DNA from: an uncultured beta proteobacterium
Lineage (GTDB): Bacteria > Pseudomonadota > Gammaproteobacteria > Burkholderiales > Burkholderiaceae_F
Assembly: GCA_963746085.1 (NCBI GenBank)
Contig: CAVVAI010000008.1
Coordinates: forward strand, 291,777 to 355,776
Direction of reading: 5' to 3'
DNA: 64,000 nucleotides
Positions 20,357 to 33,770 of the stretch are shown piece after piece (position 1 is the stretch's first letter; every line of letters begins with the position of its first letter). Below the pieces are notes generated by a model. The model had not been told where the DNA came from and did no database searches. It saw only the letters and a list, made by a program, of their open reading frames with translations. The position numbers were made by a program, and so were the translations under genes.

Positions 20357-20907
20357 CGCGCGTCGCTGTTACCAGAGAGCCGCAGCGCCGCACCGACCGC
20401 TTGCGCAGCGGCCTGCAGCGCGAATACTGCAAAGCCAATCGGTATCAACGCCTTCAACATCCAGCGATGCGTGAGCCCGCCCGGGTCCGACGAGACCTCG
20501 TCGATGCTGTAAGCCTGACCGACATAGTTGATCGAATAGCGGATGACGAGTATGGCGATCGCAATCGCCAGCAGCGAGGCAACCAGATCAACGGCGGCTT
20601 TTCCGCGTAGCGAATAGCGCGTGTAGAACACGTCGACGCGAACATGCTCGCCTTTGAGCAGCGCGTACGTCATGCCGAACAACACCAGGGGCGCCAGCAG
20701 GTGCCATTCGAGCTCCTGCGCCCACACCGAGCCGACGCTGAACGCGTAGCGCAGCAGCACATCGACGGCCATTAACACGACGATTGCGAGCGAGAGCCAC
20801 GAGGCAGCGCGGCCCATCGTATCGACGGCGCGCTCGATGCCGGCAATCAGCGCGCGCGCGGACACGCCCCCGCGCCGCGGCCCGCCGGCGGGAGCGTTCA
20901 CGCTCAT
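20353..20907 (-). CDS. dctQ: TRAP transporter small permease (DctQ family)
   Basis: 184 aa with 4 TM segments. 4-nt overlap with the dctM start. Confidence 0.8.
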   Translation of the reverse strand: MSVNAPAGGPRRGGVSARALIAGIERAVDTMGRAASWLSLAIVVLMAVDVLLRYAFSVGSVWAQELEWHLLAPLVLFGMTYALLKGEHVRVDVFYTRYSLRGKAAVDLVASLLAIAIAILVIRYSINYVGQAYSIDEVSSDPGGLTHRWMLKALIPIGFAVFALQAAAQAVGAALRLSGNSDAR

Positions 20908-20913
20908 CGACTG

Positions 20914-22011
20914 CTATATGACCAGGATCTTGGCGTGATACGGACCTTCGCTGTACGCGGCCCATGCGTCGTACTTTTTCTTGTACGCCATATACGAGTC
21001 ATGCACCTTCTTGGTCGTCGCGTCCTTGGCGACTGCTTCTGCCAGCACCTGATTCGTGACTTCGCGCAGCCGCTTGATCACTTCGTCAGGCAGCGGGCGC
21101 GCCAGCACACCCTGATTCTTGACGAGGTCCTCCATCGCGTCGGCGTTGTTGCGCTGGCACCAGGCTTCGCTGATGACGTTGCATGCAGCAGCAGCGTTCT
21201 CGACCACTGCCTGCAGATCTTTCGGCAGCTTTTCCCACGCAGCCTTGTTGATCAGCAGCTCGGACACCGTCGCCGTCTCGTGCCAGCCGGTGGTGTAGTA
21301 ATACTTCGCCGCTTTGTGCAGGCCGAGCTTGCGATCCTGGAACGGGCCGACGAACTCGGCCGCGTCGATCACACCGCGCTCGAGCGCGGGGAAAATCTCG
21401 CCCCCGGGCAGTAGTTTCACATCGACACCGAGGGCGGCATAAACGCGCCCGGCCAGGCCCGGGATACGCATCTTCAATCCCTTGAAATCGGCGCTCGACT
21501 TGATCTCTTTCTTGAACCAGCCCGTCATTTGCACGCCGGTGTTCCCGCACGGAAACGCGACCATGCCGAAAGGCGCGTAGACCTCGTTCCACAGCGCTTG
21601 GCCACCGCCGTCATACAGCCAGCCATTCATGCCCTGAAAGTTCAGGCCGAACGGGACCGCGGTGAAGTACTGCGCGGCGAACGTCTTGCCGGTCCAGAAA
21701 TAACTGTTCGCATGATTCATCTCTACCGTGCCGGCGCGCACCGCATCGAAGCCTTCAAGCGCGGGGATCAACTCGCCGGCACCAAAGACCTGAATCTTCA
21801 GTCGCCCACCCGACATCGCTTCGACGCGCTTGGCAAGATCAGTCGCACTGCCGGGGCCATCCATGTAGAAAGGTGAACCCTTGCCGTACGCGCTCGTCAT
21901 CTTCCAACTGAACGTTTGCTGGGCTTTCGCGATCATTGGAAACCCGAGCGCGCTGCCTGCCACGGCCGCTGTTGATCCTGCGGTTAAAAGTGAACGTCGC
22001 GTCTGTGCCAT
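20914..22011 (-). CDS. dctP: TRAP transporter substrate-binding protein (DctP type-7 family), Tat-like signal
   Basis: 'MAQTRRSLLTAGSTAAVAGSALGFPMIAKA' is a signal peptide. 'NHANSYFWTGK', 'GWFKKEIKS..DFKGLKMRIPG' match the COG4663-type binding protein. Confidence 0.85.
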   Translation of the reverse strand: MAQTRRSLLTAGSTAAVAGSALGFPMIAKAQQTFSWKMTSAYGKGSPFYMDGPGSATDLAKRVEAMSGGRLKIQVFGAGELIPALEGFDAVRAGTVEMNHANSYFWTGKTFAAQYFTAVPFGLNFQGMNGWLYDGGGQALWNEVYAPFGMVAFPCGNTGVQMTGWFKKEIKSSADFKGLKMRIPGLAGRVYAALGVDVKLLPGGEIFPALERGVIDAAEFVGPFQDRKLGLHKAAKYYYTTGWHETATVSELLINKAAWEKLPKDLQAVVENAAAACNVISEAWCQRNNADAMEDLVKNQGVLARPLPDEVIKRLREVTNQVLAEAVAKDATTKKVHDSYMAYKKKYDAWAAYSEGPYHAKILVI

Positions 22012-22200
22012 GCAAACCTCCCCGTTTGTCAGAAGTCCACTGCAAGGTCAATGCCATGATGCGCAGAATACGCGCAGCGCTCTCGCAGCACGCCGCGATC
22101 GCCGGATGCATCCAGTCTGGTTCGAGCTAACGCACGGTTCGTGCGCATAAAAGTCAAAACTGGTGCAACGGTGCGCACCATCGCGGTTGCAGCGCGCGCG

Positions 22201-23316
22201 TTACGCGCGCACATGCAGATCGCCGCCGCTGAAGGCAAGCTGCAACGGCTCGATGAATACCTGCCTGGCACCGTTGTCGACGCGACCGGCCAGCAGTGTG
22301 CTGAAACCCGCAGTGCGCGCGACCTGCTCTGTTCGTTCGGCGTCTGCGCCGGCAACAAACAACGCGAAGCCGGCTCCCATATTCAGGTTGCCGTAGGCCT
22401 CGCGATCGTCGATCGCTGCATGCCGCTGAATGAATTGCAGCACCGAAGGGACCGGCGGCAACGCGTTGATGCGGTAAGTGAATGCCGCTTGATGCCGCAT
22501 CAACTTGCGCCAGCCGTGGCCGGTGATGTTGACACAGTAATGCGGAACGATGCCGGCGGCGGCCAGCGCTTCGGTCACCGGCGAGTACAGCAGCGTCGGC
22601 TCCAGCAGCGCGTCGCCGAACAGCGTGCCGTCTTCGAGCCGCGTCGCATAGCCCTCCGGCAGGCGTTCGGCGAGCTTGCGCGCGAGAGAAATTCCGTTGG
22701 CGTGAATGCCGCTGGAAGCGAGCAGCACGATCGCATCGCCGGCAGCCAGCTTGTCACCCAAGGTCAGGCGCGATTTCGGCCGCACGATGCCCACGCACGA
22801 CGCCGCGAGATCGATGCGTCCGGGTTCCACTACGCCGGCAAGCGCGGGTGTTTCGCCGCCGCCCCACGCAACGCCGCACCGATCGCACGCGCGTTTCCAG
22901 CCGTCGACCAGGTCGCGCGCCCGTGCTTCGTCGGCGAACCAATCGCTGCCACCGCTCGCCCAATACGCGTGCACCGAGATTGGCGTGGCGCCGACCGTGA
23001 TGATGTCGTTGATCGCCATCGCCAGCGTGTCCTGCGCGATCTGATCGTAATAGGTGCGGCCGGCGCTGTTACTTGGAAGCGCGCGCATCGCGTCAGCGAC
23101 CAGTGCCTTGGTGCCTAGACACTCGGTAATCGATGCGATGTAAAACTCGCCGCAATCGACCACATACGCAGACTCGCCGCGCGACGCCGCTACTTCGCTG
23201 AGGCCGTGCTGCGCGAGATTGCGCGCCGTATCGGCGGCCGCGCGTTGCGCGAGCACCTTGAGCGGATCGATCTTCGCGTAATCGACGCCTGCGTTTTTGT
23301 AGTTCAGTTCAGTCAT
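22201..23316 (-). CDS. AIR synthase (PurM) superfamily protein, non-canonical
   Basis: 371 aa. 'YKNAGVD', 'GGGETP', 'SSGIHANG', 'NITGHGW', 'NLNMGAGF' parallel the PurM motifs. The N-terminal third differs from the canonical PurM I remember. Confidence 0.65.
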   Translation of the reverse strand: MTELNYKNAGVDYAKIDPLKVLAQRAAADTARNLAQHGLSEVAASRGESAYVVDCGEFYIASITECLGTKALVADAMRALPSNSAGRTYYDQIAQDTLAMAINDIITVGATPISVHAYWASGGSDWFADEARARDLVDGWKRACDRCGVAWGGGETPALAGVVEPGRIDLAASCVGIVRPKSRLTLGDKLAAGDAIVLLASSGIHANGISLARKLAERLPEGYATRLEDGTLFGDALLEPTLLYSPVTEALAAAGIVPHYCVNITGHGWRKLMRHQAAFTYRINALPPVPSVLQFIQRHAAIDDREAYGNLNMGAGFALFVAGADAERTEQVARTAGFSTLLAGRVDNGARQVFIEPLQLAFSGGDLHVRA

Positions 23317-23426
23317 CGAAGCGAACGGTAAACTGCCGCGCGCTCACGGGATCTACGCCGGCAGTCGGAGCGCGATTCTAGTTCCCTTGGTGATTGCGCA
23401 GAACCTTCCCACGTCCGTATCGAATT

Positions 23427-24084
23427 GTGAGCACTCCGCGCCAGCTAACGCTGGATCTGGTCAAACCGCCTCAGCCTTCGCTCGACAATTTCGTCGTCGG
23501 CCGCAATGCGGAAGTCGTTGCCGCCTTGCGCGCGATGATGACCGGCACCGGCGAGCGCTTCATTTACGTGTGGGGCGAGACGGGCGCGGGCCGCTCACAT
23601 CTGCTGCAGGCGCTCGGCTGCATATGGTCGCGAAGTGCCGGCATTCGACTCGCACCGGCCTGTGTACGCAGTCGATGATGTCGACAGTCTGAACGAATCG
23701 CAGCAACAACGGCTGTTCGTGTTACTGAACGAGATTCGGGAAGGCGCCAGCGCTCGCTTCGTCGGGGCTGGCAGCGCAGCGCCGATGCACCTGGCGCTGC
23801 GTGACGACGTTCGCACTCGCCTGGCGTGGGGGTTGGTTTATCAAGTGCACTCCCTCAGCGACGACGAGAAGACGCACGCGCTGGTGGCTCACGCCGCTTC
23901 GCGCGGCCTCGCGCTCTCCTCCGAAGTCGTCGACTATCTGCTGACGCACATGCCGCGCGACATGCGGACGCTGGTGGCCGTTGTCGAAGCGCTGGATACC
24001 TACGCCCTGTCGGTGAAGAAGCCGCTGACCGTGCCGCTGGTGCGGCACTGGGCTGAAGATGTCGCCGACCGGAGCGCGCCGTAA
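23427..24084 (+). pseudogene. hda: DnaA regulatory inactivator Hda, one frameshift
   Basis: 'RQLTLDL...DNFVVGRNAEVVAAL...VWGETGAGRSHLLQAL' is in the frame of ORF 23394..23678. 'AAYGREVPAFDSHRPVYAVDDVDSL...LAWGLVYQVHSLSDDEK...' continues in ORF 23635..24084. The frame switches at about 23616. Probable GTG start at 23427. Confidence 0.78.
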
Positions 24085-24119
24085 GATTCGTCGATGTCCG
24101 TTGCCCTGCGCTGCCTTAA

Positions 24120-24806
24120 GTGCGACTAGCCCTGTTCGACCTTGACCATACGCTGCTGCCGATCGACAGCGCGGACACCTGGTCGTACTTCGTCGTGAGG
24201 AAGGGTGGGCTGGACCCGGAAACGTACGGCGCCCGCATTCAAGAGTTCGCGCATACGTACCACGCCGGTACGTTCGACGTCGAGGGCTACGTCCGGTTTC
24301 AGATGGAGCTGCTGGCGCTGTTTCCGCGCGCGATGCTCGACGCGTGGCATCGGCAGTTCATGGACGAGCATGTTCGACCGCACATTCGCAGCGAAGCGCT
24401 GGCGCTGGTCGACTCGCACCGCCAGCGCGGCGACGATCTGGCGCTGGTGACCGGCACCAACGCGTATGTAGTGACGCCGATCGCGCGCGAGTTCGGCATC
24501 GAGAATGTGCTCGCGGTGCAGCCCGAAATGCGCGGGGATCAATTCACCGGCGGTTATGTCGGCACGCACACGTATCAGCAGGGCAAGGTACGCAAAGTCG
24601 GCGAGTGGCTGGCGGCGCGCGGGCGCACCTGGGACGACACGATCACGATCTGTTATGGCGATTCGATCAACGATCTGCCGCTGCTCGAGCGCGTCACGCA
24701 CCCGGTCGTCACCAACGGCGACGCACGGTTGATCTCCATTGCAAAGCACCGCGGCTGGCAATCGCTGCAGCTGTTCGCCCCCACCGACACGACCAGCGCC
24801 GCATGA
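24120..24806 (+). CDS. HAD-IB family hydrolase
   Basis: GTG start. 'LALFDLDHTLL' is HAD motif I and 'YGDSINDLPLL' is motif IV. Confidence 0.82.
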   Translation: MRLALFDLDHTLLPIDSADTWSYFVVRKGGLDPETYGARIQEFAHTYHAGTFDVEGYVRFQMELLALFPRAMLDAWHRQFMDEHVRPHIRSEALALVDSHRQRGDDLALVTGTNAYVVTPIAREFGIENVLAVQPEMRGDQFTGGYVGTHTYQQGKVRKVGEWLAARGRTWDDTITICYGDSINDLPLLERVTHPVVTNGDARLISIAKHRGWQSLQLFAPTDTTSAA

Positions 24807-26215
24807 TCAAGCGGGTCTTCGAAAGAGTGCAGACGCTGTTCAAGCGCAAGCCGAAGCGTGGCGGGCGCGAGCCGAAGCGCATCCCGGCCGGCGAACACCA
24901 TATCAACCGTGAGCTCGTGTCGCGTTCGGCGCTGCGCGTGTGTGAGACGCTGCAGAAAGCCGGCCATCGCGCCTACATAGTCGGCGGCGCGGTACGTGAC
25001 CTGCTGCTCGACATCGCGCCGAAAGACTTCGACATCGCGACCGACGCCACGCCGGAGCAGATCAAATCGCACTTTCGGCGCGCCTTCATCATCGGCCGTC
25101 GCTTCAAGCTGGTGCACGTGATGTTCGGCCAGGAGACGATCGAGGTGTCGACGTTCCGCGCTTTGGTCAACGTTGACCGCGTGATCGACGAACACGGCCG
25201 CGTCCTCGCCGACAACCTGTACGGCGAGCAGAACGAAGACTCCGCGCGGCGCGACTTCACAATCAACGCGCTCTACTACGACCCAACCACCGGCGACGTT
25301 CTCGACTATCACGACGGCGTCAAGGACCTGCGTGCGCGCCGGCTGCGGATGATCGGTGAGCCGGCCGATCGTTATCGCGAAGACCCGGTGCGCATGCTTC
25401 GCGCGGTGCGGTTCGCGGCGAAGCTCGGCTTTGCGATCGACGAGGCGACACGCGAGCCGATTCACCGGATGGCGGAGCTGATCGAAAACGTGCCGCCCGC
25501 ACGCTTGTTCGATGAGATGCTGAAGCTGTTGACCAGCGGGCATTCGGTCGCGTGCATCACGCGGCTGCGCGCCGAAGGCCTGCATCATGGATTGCTGCCG
25601 CTGCTCGACGTGATCCTCGAACAACCCGCCGGCGAGCGCTTTGTGATGCTGGCTTTGTCGCGTACCGACGAACGGGTGCGCGCGGGAAAGTCGATCTCGC
25701 CCGGGTTCCTGTTTGCGACGCTGCTGTGGAACGATGTGCTCGTCAAATGGACCGCGCGCCTGGCGAAAAACGAGCATCGCATTCCCGCGCTGAATCTGGC
25801 AATCGATGAAACGATCGACGCCCAAACCGAAAAGCTTGCGATCCAGCGCCGCTTCGTCGCGGACATGCGGGAGATCTGGGGGCTGCAGCCCCGTTTCGAG
25901 CGCCGGACCGGCCGCTCGCCGTTCCGGTTGATCGAACACCTGCGCTTTCGTGCCGGTTATGATTTCCTGCTTTTGCGTACGGCGGCCGATGAGATTCCGC
26001 TGGCGCTTGGCGATTGGTGGACCCGCTTTGCGCAGGCGAGCACGGAGGAGCGCGAGCAGATGGTCATCGAAGCCGCGCAGGAGATCGGCCCGGCTCCGAC
26101 GGCCGGGAAGCGGCGGCGGCGACCAAGAAGGCGGGGGGAGAAGGCGCGGCAAGCATCGCCTGACATTGAAAGTGAAAAGAACCGCATACATCGGGCTGGG
26201 CGCCAATCAGGGTGA
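24803..26215 (+). CDS. pcnB: poly(A) polymerase I
   Basis: ATG at 24803 overlaps the HAD stop (ATGA). 'AYIVGGAVRDLLL..PKDFDIAT', 'RRDFTINALYYD', basic C-terminal tail. Confidence 0.9.
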   Translation: MIKRVFERVQTLFKRKPKRGGREPKRIPAGEHHINRELVSRSALRVCETLQKAGHRAYIVGGAVRDLLLDIAPKDFDIATDATPEQIKSHFRRAFIIGRRFKLVHVMFGQETIEVSTFRALVNVDRVIDEHGRVLADNLYGEQNEDSARRDFTINALYYDPTTGDVLDYHDGVKDLRARRLRMIGEPADRYREDPVRMLRAVRFAAKLGFAIDEATREPIHRMAELIENVPPARLFDEMLKLLTSGHSVACITRLRAEGLHHGLLPLLDVILEQPAGERFVMLALSRTDERVRAGKSISPGFLFATLLWNDVLVKWTARLAKNEHRIPALNLAIDETIDAQTEKLAIQRRFVADMREIWGLQPRFERRTGRSPFRLIEHLRFRAGYDFLLLRTAADEIPLALGDWWTRFAQASTEEREQMVIEAAQEIGPAPTAGKRRRRPRRRGEKARQASPDIESEKNRIHRAGRQSG

Positions 26216-26678
26216 GATGGTCGAGTCGCTAAAGGCAGCGTTCGACTCCTTGCGCTCGCTCGAACAATCCGAGCTTCTGGCGGTTTCGCCGTTCTACAAG
26301 TCGGCGCCGATCGATGCGACCGGACCCGACTTCGTCAACGCGGTGGCAAAGCTGGAAACGGCGCTCGAGCCGTATGGCTTGCTGCTGCACCTGCTCGATA
26401 TCGAATTGATGCTCGGCCGCAAGCGACGCGGCCAGGGACAGAAAAAAAATGCGCCGCGCAATGTTGATCTGGATTTGCTGCTGCTCGGCGACATGATCAT
26501 TCAGAGCACGCCGTTGACGCTGCCGCATCCGCGGCTGCACCAGCGGGCGTTCGTACTCAAGCCGTTGCTCGACCTGGCGCCTGAAATTCTCATACCCGGG
26601 CAAGGCTCGGCCAGCGACTTCATCAAGGCGGTGGCCGATCAACGCGTCGAGTTGCTTGAAGAGTCGGCCGAGCAATAG
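26172..26678 (+). CDS. folK: 2-amino-4-hydroxy-6-hydroxymethyldihydropteridine diphosphokinase
   Basis: No ATG is available; GTG at 26172 (or TTG at 26166) gives '(M)KRTAYIGLGAN'. 'PRNVDLDLLLLGD', 'LPHPRLHQRAFVLKPL'. Overlaps the pcnB 3' end. Confidence 0.8.
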   Translation: MKRTAYIGLGANQGEMVESLKAAFDSLRSLEQSELLAVSPFYKSAPIDATGPDFVNAVAKLETALEPYGLLLHLLDIELMLGRKRRGQGQKKNAPRNVDLDLLLLGDMIIQSTPLTLPHPRLHQRAFVLKPLLDLAPEILIPGQGSASDFIKAVADQRVELLEESAEQ

Positions 26679-26680
26679 CC

Positions 26681-27336
26681 GTGCGGCTGCCTTTTGAAGT
26701 GCCCTTGCGCAAGTATCAGTACGTCGTCATCGAAGGCCCGATTGGCGCCGGCAAGACTTCGCTCGCATGCAAACTGGCGCTGTACTACTCGGCGCATACG
26801 CTGCTTGAACAGCCCGAGTCCAACCCGTTCCTGGAGCGGTTTTACCGCGACCCGGCGCGGTATGCGCTGCCTACGCAGTTGTTCTTTCTGTTTCAACGCG
26901 TGCAACAGTTGGGCGACGTGACGCAGCTCGATTTGTTTCGATCCTCGGTCGTGGCTGACTTCCTTCTTGAAAAAGATCCGCTGTTTGCCCGGCTGACACT
27001 GGCCGACGACGAACTGAAATTGTATGAGCAGATCTTTGCGCAGTTAAAGCCGCAGGCGCCGCTGCCTGATCTCGTGGTCTATCTGCAGGCCCCGCCCGAT
27101 ACTTTGGTCGAGCGCGTACTTCAACGCGGCAATCCGATCGAATCGGGAATTTCCGAAACTTACTTGCGAGCGTTGTCGGATAGCTACACGCGATTTTTTC
27201 ATCAGTACGATGGCGCGCCGGTGTTGATTGTCAACACCGAAAACCTCAATCCGATCGAGCGCGACGAAGATTTCGAGCTGTTGCTGTCGCGCATCGACAA
27301 GATGCGCGGCCGGCGCGAATACTTCAATCTGGCGGC

Positions 27337-27340
<4 letters not shown>
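26681..27340 (+). CDS. deoxynucleoside kinase family protein
   Basis: P-loop '[13 protein letters not shown]'. 'NPFLERFY' and 'FLFQR' are dNK-family motifs. Confidence 0.8.
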
Positions 27341-29003
<1,663 letters not shown>

Positions 29004-29044
29004 CACGCGCTGCAGATCGGCGATAATCCGCGTCCCAATTCCAG

Positions 29045-29131
29045 GCCGGGCTGGCGGAACTGGTAGACGCGCCGGACTCAAAATCCGGTTCTGGTAACAG
29101 AGTGTGGGTTCGATTCCCTCGCCCGGCACCA
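29045..29131 (+). tRNA. tRNA-Leu (anticodon CAA)
   Basis: GCCGGGC acceptor stem pairing with GCCCGGC-ACCA. Anticodon stem-loop 'ccgga-ctCAAaa-tccgg'. Long variable arm, T-arm 'gtgggttcgattccc'. 87 nt. Confidence 0.92.
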
Positions 29132-29136
29132 ACTTC

Positions 29137-31320
<2,184 letters not shown>

Positions 31321-31397
31321 GACGGCGCCGCTATAATCGCGCGCCGCGTTTACCCTCAGCCGTTATCTGAGCAACTGAGTCATTAAGGACACCCATC

Positions 31398-31745
31398 ATG
31401 TTCTTCATCAGTAATGCTTTTGCACAAACCGCGCCTGCCGCGCAGTCCGGTGCCGAATCGTCGTTCATGTCGATCGGCTTCATGGTGTTGATCTTCGTCG
31501 TCTTCTACTTTTTCATGATCCGGCCACAGGTGAAGCGCCAGAAGGAACACAAGTCGATGGCCGACGCGCTGAAAAAAGGCGATGAGGTGATTACCGCCGG
31601 CGGCATCGTCGGCAAGATCACCGAGATCAACGATCAGTTCGTCACTGTGCAGGTGGCCGCGGTCAACGGCCAGCCGGTGCAGATCTCGATGCAAAAAATG
31701 GCGGTGCAGACGCTATTGCCGAAAGATACGTTCAAGCCTGCCTAA
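31398..31745 (+). CDS. yajC: preprotein translocase subunit YajC
   Basis: 115 aa. TM segment then 'FFMIRPQVKRQKEHKSM...LKKGDEVITAGGIVGKI'. Confidence 0.9.
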   Translation: MFFISNAFAQTAPAAQSGAESSFMSIGFMVLIFVVFYFFMIRPQVKRQKEHKSMADALKKGDEVITAGGIVGKITEINDQFVTVQVAAVNGQPVQISMQKMAVQTLLPKDTFKPA

Positions 31746-31884
31746 TGATGGAGCCGTCTCAGAAACGTCGCGAGAAGGCCCGACTCATTTGCAGCATACG
31801 GGTCGAGGAACGGACGTGTATGACCGATACAGCGAGCGCCGCAGGGCTCGCATCGGGCCGCGCAGTAGTTGCTGAGGCGGCTTG

Positions 31885-33747
31885 ATGAACCGGTATGCGC
31901 TCTGGAAATACATCGTCATAGCCGTCGCGCTGATCCTGGGCGCGATCTACACGCTGCCCAATTTTTATGGCGAGTCGCCGGCTGTCCAGGTCTCGTCCGG
32001 GCGGCCGACGGTTAAGGTCGACACCGCGTTAATGGCGCGCGTCGAGTCGGTCCTGAACGACGCGCAAATCCCGCACGAGGCCGTGTACTTCGACACGATC
32101 GGCACCAACTCGACCGTGCGCATGCGTTTCGCCGACACCGATACGCAGTTGAAGGCGAAGGACACGCTGCAGCGCGCGCTCAGCCCCAGTGCCGAAGATC
32201 CTGACTACGTCGTCGCTCTTAACCTGATTTCGAATACTCCGCCTTGGCTCACCAGCGTCAATGCGCTGCCCATGTACCTGGGGCTCGACCTGCGCGGCGG
32301 CGTGCACTTTCTGATGCAGGTCAACATGAGCTCCGCGATCGACAAGCGGCTCGACACGCTCACGTCGGATATCCGCACGTTGTTGCGTGAGAAGAACATC
32401 CGCCATGCCGGTATCACCAAGACGCCCGCGTCGATCGATATCCGCTTTCGCGACCCGGATATGCGCACGCGCGCGCAGGACCTGCTGCGCACGCAGGTGG
32501 GTGAACTGGCGTTGCGCGAGACGGGCAGCGGCGATGATCTCGCTCTGAGCACAACGCTGACACCTGCTGCGCAGCGGGCGATTCAGGACTCCGCCCTTCG
32601 GCAGAACATTTCAACGCTGCATAACCGCGTCAACGAGCTCGGCGTGGCCGAGCCGGTCATTCAGCAGCAGGGCGCCGACCGCATCGTCGTGCAGCTTCCC
32701 GGCGTACAGGACGTGGCGCGCGCGAAGACGCTGATCGGCCGCACCGCGACGCTTGAAATACGGCTGGTCGATCAGGACGCGATGGCGGCCGGAACACCGG
32801 GCGCGGTGACGGTGCCGCAGCGCGATGGCCAGGTCGTGAAGCAAATTCCGTTGAAGCGCGAGATCGTGGCTACCGGGACGCAGTTGAACGGTGCATCGGC
32901 CACGCTCGACCAGAACCAGCGTCCCGCCGTGTCGGTGCGGCTCGACGAGGCCGGCGGCCGCTCGATGCGCACGGCGTCGCGCGAGAACCTCGGAAGGCTG
33001 ATGGCGATCGTGCTGTACGAGCGCGGCAAGGGCGAGGCGATCTCGGTCGCAACGATCCAGGGCGAATTCGGCAATCAGTTTCAGATCACCGGCAACTTCA
33101 CGGTTCAGGAAACCGCCGATCTTTCATTGCTGATCCGCTCCGGCTCGCTCGCTGCGCCGATGGAAATCATCGAAGAGCGCACGATCGGCCCCAGCCTGGG
33201 TGCGGAGAACATCGAGCGAGGCTTCCAGTCAACGTTGTATGGGTTCGCGGCGATCGGCGTGTTCATGATTCTTTACTACCGCGTGTTCGGCCTGATTTCA
33301 GTGGCCGCGCTGACCGTCAACCTGATGCTGCTGATCGCGCTGCTGTCGTTGCTGCAGGCGACGCTGACGCTGCCTGGCATCGCGGCGATCGCACTGACCC
33401 TCGGTATGGCCATCGACGCCAACGTGCTGATCAACGAGCGCGTGCGCGAAGAGCTGCGCAACGGCCGAACGCCGCAGCAGGCGATTTACGAGGGCTATGA
33501 CAAGGCGTGGGCCACGATCATGGATTCGAACATCACGACGCTGATTGCCGGCATTGCACTGCTGACGTTCGGCTCGGGCCCGGTGCGCGGATTCGCGGTC
33601 GTGCACGTGCTCGGCATCCTGACTTCGATCTTCTCGGCGGTTTACGTTTCGCGCGCGATGGTCAACTTGTACTACGGGACGCGCAAGAAGCTGCCTTCGA
33701 TCTCGATCGGGCAGGTGTGGAAGCCCGGCACATCCGGCGCCGAGTAA
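31885..33747 (+). CDS. secD: protein translocase subunit SecD
   Basis: ATG at 31885 ('MNRYALWKYIVIAV'). 'LGLDLRGGVHF', periplasmic domain, C-terminal 6-TM 'TLPGIAAIALTLGMAIDANVLI'. Confidence 0.93.
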   Translation: MNRYALWKYIVIAVALILGAIYTLPNFYGESPAVQVSSGRPTVKVDTALMARVESVLNDAQIPHEAVYFDTIGTNSTVRMRFADTDTQLKAKDTLQRALSPSAEDPDYVVALNLISNTPPWLTSVNALPMYLGLDLRGGVHFLMQVNMSSAIDKRLDTLTSDIRTLLREKNIRHAGITKTPASIDIRFRDPDMRTRAQDLLRTQVGELALRETGSGDDLALSTTLTPAAQRAIQDSALRQNISTLHNRVNELGVAEPVIQQQGADRIVVQLPGVQDVARAKTLIGRTATLEIRLVDQDAMAAGTPGAVTVPQRDGQVVKQIPLKREIVATGTQLNGASATLDQNQRPAVSVRLDEAGGRSMRTASRENLGRLMAIVLYERGKGEAISVATIQGEFGNQFQITGNFTVQETADLSLLIRSGSLAAPMEIIEERTIGPSLGAENIERGFQSTLYGFAAIGVFMILYYRVFGLISVAALTVNLMLLIALLSLLQATLTLPGIAAIALTLGMAIDANVLINERVREELRNGRTPQQAIYEGYDKAWATIMDSNITTLIAGIALLTFGSGPVRGFAVVHVLGILTSIFSAVYVSRAMVNLYYGTRKKLPSISIGQVWKPGTSGAE

Positions 33748-33770
33748 GCGGGTAAGCGACAGGAAAACGA

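Noticed and set aside
31332-31337. 'TATAAT' hexamer about 60 nt upstream of yajC as a promoter -10 box.
   Set aside because: No acceptable -35 element lies at 16-18 nt spacing (the nearby 'ttgaga' is only 9 nt away). A single hexamer is too weak to call.
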